DNA from: Octopus sinensis
Taxonomy: Eukaryota
DNA length: 64,000 bases
Direction: 5' to 3'
NCBI RefSeq assembly: GCF_006345805.1
Contig: NW_021836130.1
Span: 186,001 to 250,000, forward strand
The position numbers and the translations under genes were made by a program. The notes under the pieces were generated by a model, which searched no databases, was not told where the DNA came from, and was given only the letters and a program-made list of their open reading frames with translations. Below are positions 25,049-38,097 of this stretch, piece by piece; the stretch's first letter is position 1, and every line of letters begins with the position of its first letter.

Positions 25049-27429
25049 TCACCCCCTCCCATAAATGGACCCCTTAGTGGTCCTCGAATTCTACACAATA
25101 CAACCACACAAATCTACTTTTCTAGACATTGGTAGACTTATTGGAAATGTCGGCTTATATGTAAGTCTGGCACGAGAAGGCAGATCCTTAACTTTATATA
25201 TCCTCACAATCCAATTCTCGCTCGTAAATGCCTCCTCCATGTGAGTCAACTCATTGACTACATGCCCAACCATCTGTCTCCTCGACTTGTCATATCCATT
25301 AGTCTTTAATATATGTATAATACTACCAGCTTGTTATGAAAACGGTAGTAACAAAGTCGGAACATCAAAGAAGACTTCATCCTCTCAGAAACGCCCTTTC
25401 CAATGTTATAGTTCCCCTCCGAGTCAAAATACTCATTTTCCTAAAATATCGGGCAATTGGGCACGTGGATCTCGTTAGGGTACTCCCCTTCGGATATTCG
25501 GACCATCCACAGAAACTTGGCGATATCGTCCGAGTCATACCCCAAATATCCCCCAAACACCACCAGAACATAATCCACGTCCAATTCCCGAGCAATTTCC
25601 GCAGCCCGTGACTCATTGGAGGCCATAGCTTTGCCCACCTAATTTGATTAGGGAGCAGTACAGTGGCAATATGAGTATTATTCCACGTATTATTATCCAC
25701 TATGGTGGTTCTGTTAGAAAACCCCGTTATTTGGTATCCGTAATCCCACCAGGACATGATCTTGGAGTCCTTTGGGGTGTTCCTTCCCAGCCAGTAGTAG
25801 GCCTCTCTGTAGTCGTCGATAATGTGGTGGGCTCTGCCAATAGTTGACTGACCAGTACCCGTCCTGTCCGCTTCCTTCCAGCACGATCGAAGTCCCCGAA
25901 TACATCACGGCAGTAATCCACGTGCTGTGCACAACAAATAACGCAATCGCGGCAAAAAGTGAAGTTGTGGCCATCGAGAATGAAAAAAATGAATTTTTCT
26001 CAGTTCGGTGGGATCGAGAAATTCTACGGAAAACGGACTCCAAGGCAAAGGATGACACAATCGCGGAAATTGGGGTCAGAATAATCACCAGTCTGACCAT
26101 CATCCCAGAAAAATAAGCAGAAGTGACAGCCAGAGTGAGAACCAGAATCATTTGATCACTCAAACGAGAAAAAGCCAGCCAAATTCCAATCGGAAAAACA
26201 GTCGGAATAAAATGCAAGTCAATAAAATATCTCGTCCAAATAGAAATCTGATGTTCAGCGACAGAAGAAATGATTGGAATGTTGATGGCCGCATAGGAAG
26301 TGTCAAACAACGAATAAAGACGGCCAGTCCAAGGGGAAATAACCCCTTCACTAATAACCCCCAAAAGACTACCCAAATAAGTAAGGACGCCCACCATCAA
26401 CACACTAACGAGGCCAAACACACCCAAACACAACAAAACCACCTTGGCTGCCCAACGAGAGTCACTGAGTGATCCCAAATGCTTAAAAAGTCCGACCAAA
26501 CAGAGCAGTAGAAACACCACTGACATATTATACGAATATTACTGAGAGAAGACATATGTTCGCTGGTTGTGAGCGGAAGGAATCCCACAAAAGGTATCTG
26601 CATAGACATAAGTAGGCCAAGAATATAAAAAGTAGTATAAGCTGATAATAAAACATGTATAAACCAAACCACAAAACAATTTACTAGTATATCGACCAGA
26701 TATAACAAGTATGAATACATGGAGAGGGATGACGTTGATTACATAAATATATCCTCCCCAGGAAGCCACCTACAAGTCAATAAACCTCCACCAACTGCAT
26801 ATAAGTAGAAAAAAGCAGTAAAAACTGCCCAGAGAAGACTCCCAGACTTGACAGTCCTGGCCCACAGATACAGAGTAAACATGATTATAAATATTGAAAT
26901 ACATTCATAGTCATAACTCCCTGCAACTGATCGGGAGACATATCCGGGGACTGGAAATGAGTGGAAGGGGACTACTTATGCTCATTATGAAGGCGGAGAT
27001 CAACCCGGCTGATTTATTCCACACTTCTGAGGCAAATAAATAGGCTGTGATGGCCATTAGACCACTGTAGAAGGCAGGAAGGAATACACAGACTTCACGG
27101 ATGTGGACTGGGAGGCTGAGGGAGTGGAGTGCCCAATGGAGGAGGCCGGATGTGCTCATTATGCCTGGGTAAACTGTTCCGCCGACGTCTCTTCCCAGGG
27201 GATACCAGGCTGACTCGTCAAACCAGTTTATAAAGTCATAAAATGAGTTCTCGACCATCATTTTTGTGGCACGATAGTTAAACCAGGGGTCGAATTCGTG
27301 GATTATGCTTTCGAATTTTATGACGGAGTGGAGTCTTGTTATGAACGATAAGACACATATTGAGATCAGAATTAGTGTCAGCAGAAATGTCTTTTGCCTT
27401 TCTATTTTTTGGTGATACAGGATCCCCAT
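25049..27429 (-). CDS. STT3: Oligosaccharyltransferase catalytic subunit STT3
   Basis: [17 protein letters not shown]; WYPLGR; SWGGY; IISSVAEHQ; [10 protein letters not shown]; [12 protein letters not shown]; [17 protein letters not shown]. Many micro-introns. Confidence 0.95.
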
Positions 27430-29965
27430 CACAAAATAGAATAATAAAATTAATTAAAAAATTTAATTATTCAAAAAATAATTTAGTTTAATATTCTAAC
27501 ATCAAAGAATTTCATTTTTTAAATAAATAGACATTTAAGGTTTCCACCATAAGGACTAGCCTATAAAAAGAAAAAGGAAATAAGAAATAAAACGTTGGAA
27601 ATCACGTTGGATGTTATGTTCTGTGAGATACTTCTAAAAAGACATTTATATTTTTATGACCAATTGAAATTCAAACAAAAAGCTTTTGCTACTGCTTCGG
27701 AGTGTCTTTTTTTTGATTTTTGAACTCAACAACTTTGCTCATTTTACTGTCCTATCCGAACACCTCATTTTACTGTTAGAAGATGTGATCATCTATATGA
27801 CACTGATAGTTAGAAACGGAAATTTTAGATCATGTTATATGCTGATAAATAAAATTTAGTCAATCGAATAATTCATTTCCCTAATTAATGTCACCGGTGG
27901 TCTTATATTTTTGTGTTGTTAATACATCTGAGCCTAAAAGTCAGCTTAGTGCCGCCGTATTGAGTAGCAGTTTCCGCAAAGCACAGTGACCGATATTTTC
28001 TGAAAAAGCCAGCTAACCAAATTGTACATTTGGATAACTTTTTTTATTTTGTAACAAATTCCTTACCATAAATATGGATGTATCCCACATCTTTTCAGGG
28101 TATTTTAAAAGAACTTTTCCCGATACACCGAGGAGACCCTAACCCTAAAAATGCAGCGATCAATCACTTCTATTTTTAGATACCACAAACAATGTATTTT
28201 AGATACCGCAAACAGTATACACCAATGGTAAAATCAGTCATATCTTTTGGGATATTTTTAAATAAACAAATGTTTCAGGAAAGTATGGGATTCTTAAATT
28301 TTACAACAATGAGGTTGGTTTTTATATTTTAACTCTTTCGTGTCAATTTCAAATTCTTTATCCTAAAAATAAGAAAATGCGAACGACAATCAAAATTTCA
28401 GTAAAAAGTTAAATTCAACGTGCACGGACATGTTTTCTCATTTGTCATTTATCCTGCCATTGGAAACTCAGAAGTAATCTGCTGTAAAGGCAAAAACAGG
28501 ACTTGACAACTACTAACTTCTGACTTTATAAATGACATCAGAAATAAGATCGGCTTCCAAAAGAGATGCCACGTGCAATATGATGGCTTTGGTAGAAAAT
28601 CTTGATCGTCATAATGACATAAGAATCCACAATTATTAAATGGAATTTGTTTTTCTACATTTTCATTCATTATTGGTTTATGTTGACGACTTTTATAAAT
28701 CGGATTATGATTGATGAAAGCTTTGGATATTGACATAAATTTTATAATCTAGAAAATAATCCTGATAATTGGAACTAGTTTGAAAAAGGCAAAATAACTG
28801 AAAAAATATAATTTATGATTTTAAATATTGAAAGTGAGACTCAAATTATTTTTGGGAAATCAAAAAGAAAATTTCGTAATTAATGTACGTAAAATAATAG
28901 AAAAAACCAATATTCTCTTATTCTTGTAATTATTGTTTTTCATAAAATGATTTTATGACAGCAATATTCACGTCTATTGAGAAATAAATGAATTACCTTA
29001 TTATATTTTTACAATTGGCCAATTTTAATTGGAAGTCCATTGTGTTTCAACTATAAAAAACAATTCCCCGACAAAATACACTCCACTGCCAGTTACTATA
29101 AAGTACTAGTTTAATTCAAAGTGAGAAAGACCAATCATTTTTAAAGATATAATACATCTACTTATTGAAGAAAGAATTAAAAGTTTTAATTAAGACCATA
29201 TGAGTTAATATTATTAGTGATATAATATGATTGACTCAATTTTTATATAATCAAAAATGAATGTATTTTTGGTAAAATAAATATTTTTTAGGATATAAAA
29301 TGGGTATTTGCACGTGCACAAATCAAAGCGGTTTGATTGATGTTCCAGCAATTGATAAATGATATTGTCTTCATTCCTTGTTCAATATTTTAATAATTAT
29401 ATAGCGTTTCCTATCATCTACCATCTTTAATCGTCAATAAGCGAATGTCGATTTGTGGCTTAATACTTGCATTGTTGGCATATTTACTTCAATTCTTTAA
29501 TGCCTTGGATACGAAAGTAATTCAGATTTTGAATTGGGTCAGCCTATTGTTTCCACTTTCCGTCATCCCATTAATAAAACCTCAATAACAAAGAGTTTTT
29601 CTATTCAGCTGTGATTTATTGCCTAAAATCCAATATTTATGGCTCCCTTTTGTTCCCACAAGTGCATATTTCAATACCGCACTTAAAACCAATTTAACCC
29701 AAAAAATTATTTTACGTGTAGAAAAACATTAAAAATTCCCCGAATATTTGATGTTGAGATATTTTAAAAAAGGGGATGAGCTTTAATTTTACGGTTGAAT
29801 GTTTAAAGACATATTTTGTTGAAAAATAAAATACGCGTCGTCAGGGCGGCGTATAAACGCGTTATTTCGACTATTCAAGAGAACAAATGGTCATTGTTTC
29901 GCAAACAAAGTTTGAGTGTGGAGATTTTGTTGCTCTTATTATTTTCATAATAATTTATAGAGTAA

Positions 29966-30895
29966 ATGGAACAGCATAAATTGATGTCTATTCAACAATT
30001 GGAATACAATCAGAATGATTCAACGGGTAATTTATTATCAAAGAAATACCACGAAAATTATAATTCTCATTACAAATTCAATGTTTCTAATAACTTGGAA
30101 AAAGTGTACTCCGCTCCACAAATGGAATACAATTCAATCTCCGATAAATTTGAAAACAATCCTCAATCAACTTCGATTGTTAACTACCAGCAAGAACAGA
30201 ACGTTGAAAGTGCTCCAATTTCGAATGGAAAAAATAGAATCAAGAGACCAATGAATTCGTTTATGGTCTGGTCGAGAGTTCAACGTAAAAAAATGTCTTC
30301 GGAAAATCCAAAAATGCATAATTCTGAAATTTCAAAAAGATTGGGAAATAATTGGAAGATGTTATCCGAGGAAGACAAAAAACCTTTCGTCGAAGAGTCC
30401 AGAAGACTTCGAACTATCCACATGCGAGACTACCCGGACTATAAATACAGACCACGTAGAAAAAACAAAAATCTGGCAAAAAAGGACCATCATTTTATTC
30501 CTATGGACATGACACATCAAGTTGTGTCACATCCTATATCCAGTCATAGCATGAATATCAGTGAAAATTATTTCCCTGAAAATGGCAACTTTACGAGACC
30601 CCCATTGACTGATTTGTACTCTCAACAAAATCCATTTAACTATCAAGCATATTCCAACTTTGGAACTAGTTTCCAAAACGGACAATTCCCTCACAATCCA
30701 AACGCATTTGTCCAATATCAGCAAATGTCGAATTTTATTCCTCAAATCAACCCTGAGAATGGAATACAGCTGGCATCCAGTTTTGACTACTATCGAAATT
30801 CCTTACAAAATAATCAAGAAACAACCGATTATTCAATTTACCAATCAAGATATGACCCACAACGTCGACATAACTCTGGAAAAGTTTTTTTTTAA
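29966..30895 (+). CDS. SoxB: SoxB-group HMG-box transcription factor (intronless)
   Basis: [51 protein letters not shown]; uninterrupted 309-aa ORF. Confidence 0.93.
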   Translation: MEQHKLMSIQQLEYNQNDSTGNLLSKKYHENYNSHYKFNVSNNLEKVYSAPQMEYNSISDKFENNPQSTSIVNYQQEQNVESAPISNGKNRIKRPMNSFMVWSRVQRKKMSSENPKMHNSEISKRLGNNWKMLSEEDKKPFVEESRRLRTIHMRDYPDYKYRPRRKNKNLAKKDHHFIPMDMTHQVVSHPISSHSMNISENYFPENGNFTRPPLTDLYSQQNPFNYQAYSNFGTSFQNGQFPHNPNAFVQYQQMSNFIPQINPENGIQLASSFDYYRNSLQNNQETTDYSIYQSRYDPQRRHNSGKVFF

Positions 30896-31595
30896 TAATA
30901 TTTCTGTAGTTTCAAATGGATCACACTCACCACTAATGTGCTATGCAATACTAGGCTTAGCAAAACTATTTTATTTTATACGATTTTACTAACGGTTTTA
31001 CTACAATTTTGTTTTATTTTTCTATGTACAATTCATTTTTAGACCAAATTTCCATAAAAATCTTATTCATTGTCCATAAATAGAAATTATGAGGGTTAAA
31101 TAATTCTTGGGCGTTTTTTATTAACTAAAACAAAAAATGAAATATTTGAATGCAATAAACTCTCTCGAATCCGTCATTTTTTAAATAAAAATACAAATTT
31201 CTTAGGGAAATTCTCGAATTCCCCCAAAAAAGAAATATTTGAATATTTCCAAAAAGACACAAAAATTATTTGATCAAATTTCTAAACCACATATCAAGTA
31301 TTATATATGGGACAAAGTCAGTAAGCACTGCTAATAAGAAAAGTTAACAACTCTGTCATTATGAGCCCGATTAATACTAAATTCTAATAGAACTGATTCC
31401 CAGAGGCTTTGTAGCAAGTTTGTAGTGATGGCTTACTGTGGGGGGTGAAGTAGATATTAAAAACAATAAGAATCAGAATAATTTTTCTATTTTTTTTTCT
31501 ATGGTTAATATTTGAAGTTTTTTATTATCTTTAATATTTTTAAATACATAATTAAAAACCTGAGTTTCAGTTGTTGTGCGTAGTTGTTCGAAATA

Positions 31596-32230
31596 ATGTC
31601 AGAAAACGGTAATGGAACTATCAGCAAAAATCCAGACAATTTTGATCATTTTATAAAAGCCGAATTTGTGGTATAAAAAATAAATTTCCAAATTTATTCC
31701 AGGAAGACGTAGATTCCTTCATGGAACTCAATAAAGGGGACGCACAAGGAGCACTCGAACGATTCCAAGATCTACACAGGAAATTCAGATACATCGAATC
31801 AAACTTTTCTCTAAGCAAATCTCGGTTTAAATCATTGATCCTCAACATCAAGTTACCTGAAACAAATCCCCGACTTTACGGCTTCCTTGGACTCAGTAAG
31901 ACACCTAAAGACGCTGAGTGGAGACGAGGATCTCACGTGCAGTTATCTGCTTTGTAGTCAGGTCTATTCGAAGGCTCGAATAAGCTCAGTATCGAGTGTG
32001 TATTTACTGCTGGGAGTATAAATGTGTTATAAAGGATGCAGGCGAATATAATGATGGAATATGAGTTGGATGAGGCAGAAGCATTTTTAGACAAGAACTA
32101 TAAGGAAGCACTCGGACAGATTGCCAAGTTGGATGAGCGGCTCAACTATATTCAGGACCAGAAGACTATTCTGGAAGTCAATATGAGCAGGATCTTTATT
32201 TGGCAAACAAATCGTGATAAAAATGTCTAA
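31596..32230 (+). CDS. VBP1: Prefoldin subunit 3 (VHL-binding protein 1)
   Basis: AEFVEDVDSFM..KFRYIE..KQIPD..LLLGANIMMEYELDEAEAFL..EVNMSRIFIW. Introns 31671-31702, 31825-31852 and 32016-32041 restore a clean frame. Confidence 0.92.
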
Positions 32231-32479
32231 TTTGTTTGATTATTATGCTCTTATTTGTTTTTTTATTTTTTGAGAGGACTTGGTGATTTTTGGACAGGGG
32301 ATATAAGGGGGGAGAGATAGAATCTTATTTTTGTGTTTTGTTCTTTTTTTGTATCATTGTAGACCATATACCAAAAAATTAGGACAATTTTTTTATTTTT
32401 GACATGAATTTTTAGCACGTGCCATTGTTGTTATAGCACTTCCCATAGGAACAAGAACAGAATAAGTCATATTCACGTG

Positions 32480-33800
32480 CCACATATGATACGACCTGCT
32501 TAACCACCGTTTTCCACTTTCTGCGGATTTGGGCCTGTCTGCAGAGTTCGTCCAGATATCGCAATTGTTTAGGGTTTTTCATGTTGCAGAACAGCCGTCA
32601 GTTTGTTCCTTAGTTCGGTATCAGAAATGCCCCATGTAGATGAATTATACATTAAGACGGGTTTTACAAAGGCATTGTAGATTCTGAGCGTAGTGAGAGG
32701 TCAATTTCTTAGCCAGTTTTTCATGACGGTTTTTATAGCAGCAGCGGCCAGAGTTTTTCTGCGCATTATGTTCTCCCGGTCTCCAAGCAGTGAGCCAAAC
32801 TTCTTTGACAGTCTCCATAAGCTGAATATTCGAAGATGACATCGGTCTTGTTCATAATTAGGAACCATTCTCCGAGTTTTCCAGGTGGAATTTCCAATAG
32901 TCGACACAAAGTCATCAGCGTAAATTAGTTTGGTGATTGGCCCCTCATATAAGCTTCTCAACTCTCGCAAGGCAGCCTTGAAGTAGATCACAAACAGCAG
33001 AGGCAAGAGAAAGTCGCCTTGAGAGGTTCCCAGGAAAGGTCTGGACGATGTTGTTCCAAGACGAACAGCAAGTTTCGTCTTTGTCAGTAATACTCTTATC
33101 ATTTTGATGTCATCTTTGTTTAAACTCTTCATGAGTAAATCTCGACGCTTTTGACATATCGATGTCTTTTTATATCTTTGGTGGGTTGTGAACCGCAATC
33201 GGTGACTCCACAGGACGTCTGCAGTTGAACGTCCTTCATTAAACCATTGTGATTTGGAGACAGAAATCTGTCCTTGATTCAATCCAGCACAATCAATGAG
33301 AGAATCTTCCTGAGGCAGTTCAGCAGAATGACTGGGCAGAGGTTTTCTACTGCGCCAACGGACTTGTCCGACTTTTGAATAGGAATTAGGACCCCAGAGC
33401 CAAGCAGGAGTAAGTCGTTCGTGGCAAACATATTGTTGAGTATATTCTTAATGTTCCAAATTTCTATTTTCGGACAAGGAATAAGATTTTATGAAAATTA
33501 GGTCTAAAATGAATTGATTGTCCGTATTTCAGAAGCTTCGCATTGATGTCGTCGATTGTTTTTAAGCCTGCTAACTGCCTTTGTAAACTCCGGCAAGTGA
33601 TTATATTCCTCAGGAATCGCAGTGAGCCAGAGAAAAACAAAATTGGCTCAGTGTTGTTAAAATAAATCCGCTATAAGCCTCGCCTGTTCCCCCGAGTACG
33701 ATATTACAGTTCCTTTGTTGGTTGAGAGCTGAAATTTGGAGCTTCTTTTCTTTCTCTAAACAGCCAGACACATTCGTGCATTATTTTTGAAGGTTTCCAG
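32480..33800 (-). mobile_element. Degenerate RTE-like reverse transcriptase
   Basis: GRSTADVLWSHR; GTSQGDFLLPLLFVIYF; LIYADDF; KKFGSLLG. Same family as 12060-12660. Confidence 0.7.
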
Positions 33801-34879
33801 TTCCTTGAGACAAGAAGTTAAAATATTCCGGCCATATTGAAAGTTTAGGCTTTCCAGTTTTGTGATATTTCACACAATTTTTTCCAAACCTGTTTAATAA
33901 AAAAGCTTATTTTTTATCAAATTAATAAAAATGGACTATTTTCATAAATCGGAATACCCATGGAAACACAAGTAAATAATGTGCGAGGCAAAGAAGAACG
34001 CTGAAACGACTTATAAATCCACTTACTGCATTCCAAGTCAAATGCCGGGGTAAATGTGAACTAACTAAGCCATGGCAGCTACCTAGGACACGTGCCGACA
34101 GCAAAGTATCGTTTTGGGGACACATTTGGGAATATAAGTGCGGATTATTTTATTTATAATCGTCTCAAATGCGTGGAGGAGTCTGGGAGTATTAAAGGAG
34201 GGTCGATTCCCACGTATTTCACAAACAGACCCAACCTTGTTTGGGAAGCACGACAAAACACTCGAAAAGCTAATTTTCCTAAAAATTATTTCGACTTTTT
34301 AAATTCGTCCCCGAAAAAAATGGCCGAAATGAACGAATTTTATGAGGTTTTGCTATTTTTTGAATTAAATAGAAAGTACAACAACACAGAATGTCGTACA
34401 AGGACAAATGCCGCAGAGGACCAGGACTTTGTCACTTTTCCATTCCCGACAACTATAATAACAGAACACCCTATTAACTATTAAAATATACTAATATCAA
34501 TTTTCTGGGTTTTCATAAACATCATAAATATTTTTTTTATAAACTAAAAAATATTCTCAGAATAAAATTAAGAAAGTTTCAACTGTAAATTAAAAAATGG
34601 TTTTTCATGTGACTTAATGAAAATAGCCAGCATGTGAATTATAAATTATAATTTATTGACAAAGTGTAACCACAAAAAAATTATTAAAAAAATAATGGAC
34701 AAATTATTTAAAAAATAAAAATAAATTAAAAAATTGTTGAACATTTAGAATAAAAAAAAAAATTTATAAAAAAAAAATTTAGAATAAAATAAAACTTAAT
34801 CCGAAAAAAATACACTATTTTGTGGTATCTAATCAGTGACTTGATGTCATCAGTTGACAAATCTAATCTAAAATACACA

Positions 34880-36194
34880 ATGGCCAAATTAGGCCTCCTC
34901 CACCACTACTATCCCCTCAAAAGTAAAATCTCCGAGTACACCCACCCTCTTATACCAATAGACATTCTCAACTGAGTATTAAACTCATCAAATCAGTGGG
35001 AATAAACAAGAATTCTGCACGAATATTAATAAAAGCAATAAACCAATCCACATCTGCTGATTCCGTCATTTGTGTGCCACATGAGGACATAACATACACA
35101 CGCCTCATCGGCAGTGGACAGAGCACGACTGTCCATGAAGGATTTATGGCCGGAATGAGAGTGGCAGTCAAATCTATTGACACAAAACCCTCCAAACTGG
35201 ACAGAAATATGTTCATTAGTCTGGAACATGCCAATTTAGTCCAGTTAATAGGCCTAACAGTCGAATCCCCACTCCTCATAATCACCACATTTATCCAAGG
35301 GGGGACCCTTAGAGAATTTCTGAATGATCAACCCATTCTCCCCCCAATAAACAGACTCCTACACTTTTCAAGACAAATAGCCAGTGGAATGGCCTTTCTA
35401 CATATCAATAATATTATCCATGGCTCTCTCTGTGCCAGCCAGGTCCTTCTTTCCCCAGCAAATGTGGTCAAAATAACCGATTATTACCTCCCATGTGACT
35501 TCTCTCTCAACAACCCAGCCTGGCGAGCCCCAGAACTTCTAGAATGTTCTAGAATAACCAAAGATGGTGACGTGTGGTCATTTGGAGTGACTGTTTGGGA
35601 AATATTTGCACATAAAACACCCCCCTGGGAAGGCTTTAGTCCCCAAGAATTGTTGGTGGCACACAAAGAGAAGACACTCCCTAAGAATGACACCTGTCCT
35701 TTCCCCTTAGAAGGCATCCTTAAGCGGATTTGGGTCTCAAGGAAGAGACCTTCATTTATATCATTAATTCTACAACTAAATGATGTAATGAGTGGTGTAT
35801 TGAGTGTAGATGTGTATTCCAGTGGTTGAGGCAAAGGACAGGTGGGAGAGGGGGCTGAAGGTGACAGCACGTGACTGTATTGCTGTGATTGATTGGAGGG
35901 ATGACTATGAGTGGAGGGGACAGAATCTCAGAACTTTGCAAGTCGGGAATTTTCCCTCCAAGCTTGTGAGAATGGTTAAGTCAGTCAATCTGTTGACTTT
36001 GTTGAAGTTGGGAGGATTGTTCCGGGGACTGTGTATCATGCAGGACACAGAGATATTGATGGGACTGGGTGGGGACAGTCATCACATGTTGATAGTTTGT
36101 ATATCAGGTCTCAGGTTCGTCCCAGTAGTATTCGAGTGAGCTTGTTTTGTGACTATAATAGATGGCACCACAAGAATCATCTGATGAATATTGA
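34880..36194 (+). CDS. TNK2: ACK/TNK2-family protein (kinase-SH3-CRIB order) with a degenerate pseudokinase domain
   Basis: Kinase fold (IGSG, VAVK, HANLVQLIG, AWRAPE, DVWSFGVTVWEIF), then SH3 WRGQNLRTLQVGNFP and CRIB-like YHAGHRDIDG..WG...VDSLYI. Introns 34936-34961, 35785-35809 and ~36136-36161. One apparent frameshift near 35990. Confidence 0.8.
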
Positions 36195-36427
36195 TATATT
36201 TATTTTATTTTAGTTGTTTAATTTTTATATAAATTTTTTAACTTTATATTATTTATTGTAAAAAATAACTACATTAAAATAAAGAAAAATTGTTTATTTT
36301 AAATTTTAATAAAGTGTTAATTTAATTTTATAAGTATTAGTAAAAAGTAAATATTATATTAAAAAGTAATAAAATATATTAAAAATAAATAAAACAATTT
36401 TATTAATCGTAGTGGTACAACAAAAAT

Positions 36428-38066
36428 ATGATAACAGAAGATTCCATTTCCCGGCCAAACGTAAAACTGACCTTCGACGGAAAACGTTTAAGAAAGTCAT
36501 TATACCGTAAAACAATCGACTATAACTCCTCTGCCCTCTACTATGTACAAAACAGACACATCTCAAAATTCCCTGGCCGAAGAAAGCAGTGCATTCAACC
36601 AAACGAATTATACGCCTTCCAAGTAATAAAAACAAATAAAACAACCAGACAAGAAAGCCCTGCCCTTCTCTATCCAGTGCAGTCTCAGTCACGTGCACTC
36701 GATTTGTCAAACAAGCCACCAACAAGAAGAGGTGTCCAATCTACACTGTCATGGTCAGTGGGCTAAATATGACTAGTGGACTCCCGATGGCCGGAGATTG
36801 ACCACAGGCTCGGCCAGTGGAGAATTCACCCTCTGGAATGGCCTGGTTTTCAATTTCGAGACAATTTTGCAAGTTGGTGATATTTTAAAGCAGTAGGCCC
36901 ACGATGAGGCAATTCAGGCAATGGCGTGGAGTCACAACGACAACTGGCTGGTCTCGGGGGACAGTCTGGGCTTCCTTAAATACTGGCAGCCCAACATGAA
37001 CAACGTAAAAATGTTCCAGGCCCACAAGGAGTCAGTCAGATCACTGTCCTTCTCCCCCAACGACGTCAAATTCGCCTCCTCCTCCAACGATGGGACAGTG
37101 AGGGTCTGGGATTTCATATCCTGTCGAGAAGAGAGGATATTCCGTGGTATTCTCAGTAGGGGAGTGTAGAACACGGAGCGGATGTGTCCTCCGTGGATTG
37201 GCACCCTCAAATGGGGCTCCTCGTCTCCGGAAGTAGGGATTCCCAACGTCCAATCAAGTTTTGGGACCCCCGGACTGAGACTAGTCTGAGGACACTGTAG
37301 AAATATATATAGGAGGGTTTAGTCACGTGCATAAGGCAGGGGTGACTCATGTCCGGTGGAGTGTGGACGGGAATCGACTACTGTCGGGATCGGAGGACAG
37401 GACGATCAAATTATTTGATACGAGGAAGCTGAGTGTGGCAATTCAGTCATTTGTGGGGCACAAGAAGGAAGTGAGTGGTACCCTTATTGGGGGAGTTGTA
37501 GTATTGGAGTGGCATCCGCTTTATGGGGATGTATTTGCGAGTGGGGGGAATGATGGGTCTATTTTCTACTGGTCGGTGGGGACTGAGAAGGAGATTGGGG
37601 TGGTGCAGGACGCCCATGACAGTACTGTGTGGTCACTGTCGTGGCATCCTCTCGGCCATTTGCTTGTTTCTGGGTCGAATGACCATTCTATTAAGTTCTG
37701 GACGCGTTATCAGCCTGGGGATCAATCTCAGCTTGAGTTTGTGGCCAATGGAGGGACTAATCGAGAGGAGGAAGGAGAGTCAGATGTGCTGACTATTCTC
37801 AGTGATATGCAAAATTGTAAATATGTGGGGAAAATACCTGGTTTGGAGGGGACTGAGCCACTCGAGGTTCCTCGGAGGCCGGTTCCTGTTTACAGTCGGC
37901 CATCTGGTTCTCGCTTTTCTGGTCCTTCGTGTATTTATTTGTGTTTATATGATAGATGGAATGAACTATGGCCAGTTTCGTGGGGATTATTGTTTGGATT
38001 GTTTATAATGTTGTAGATGACAGTCATCAAAGCAACCTGGGAGAGTTCAATGACCGTCCTTATTAG
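36428..38066 (+). CDS. WDR33: Pre-mRNA 3'-processing WD40 protein WDR33/Pfs2
   Basis: [19 protein letters not shown]; [17 protein letters not shown]; [18 protein letters not shown]; [20 protein letters not shown]. Short C-terminus; end approximate. Confidence 0.92.
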
Positions 38067-38097
38067 TTTTTGTATATTCGGTAACAAAATAAACAAA

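Noticed and set aside
28137-28148. Telomere-like CCCTAACCCTAA
   Set aside because: Only two units; compatible with chance or a transposon subterminal motif.
31351-31405. SECIS-like ATGA...AAA...TGA hairpin
   Set aside because: Helix II pairs poorly and no in-frame UGA selenoprotein ORF lies upstream; kept only as a generic ncRNA candidate.
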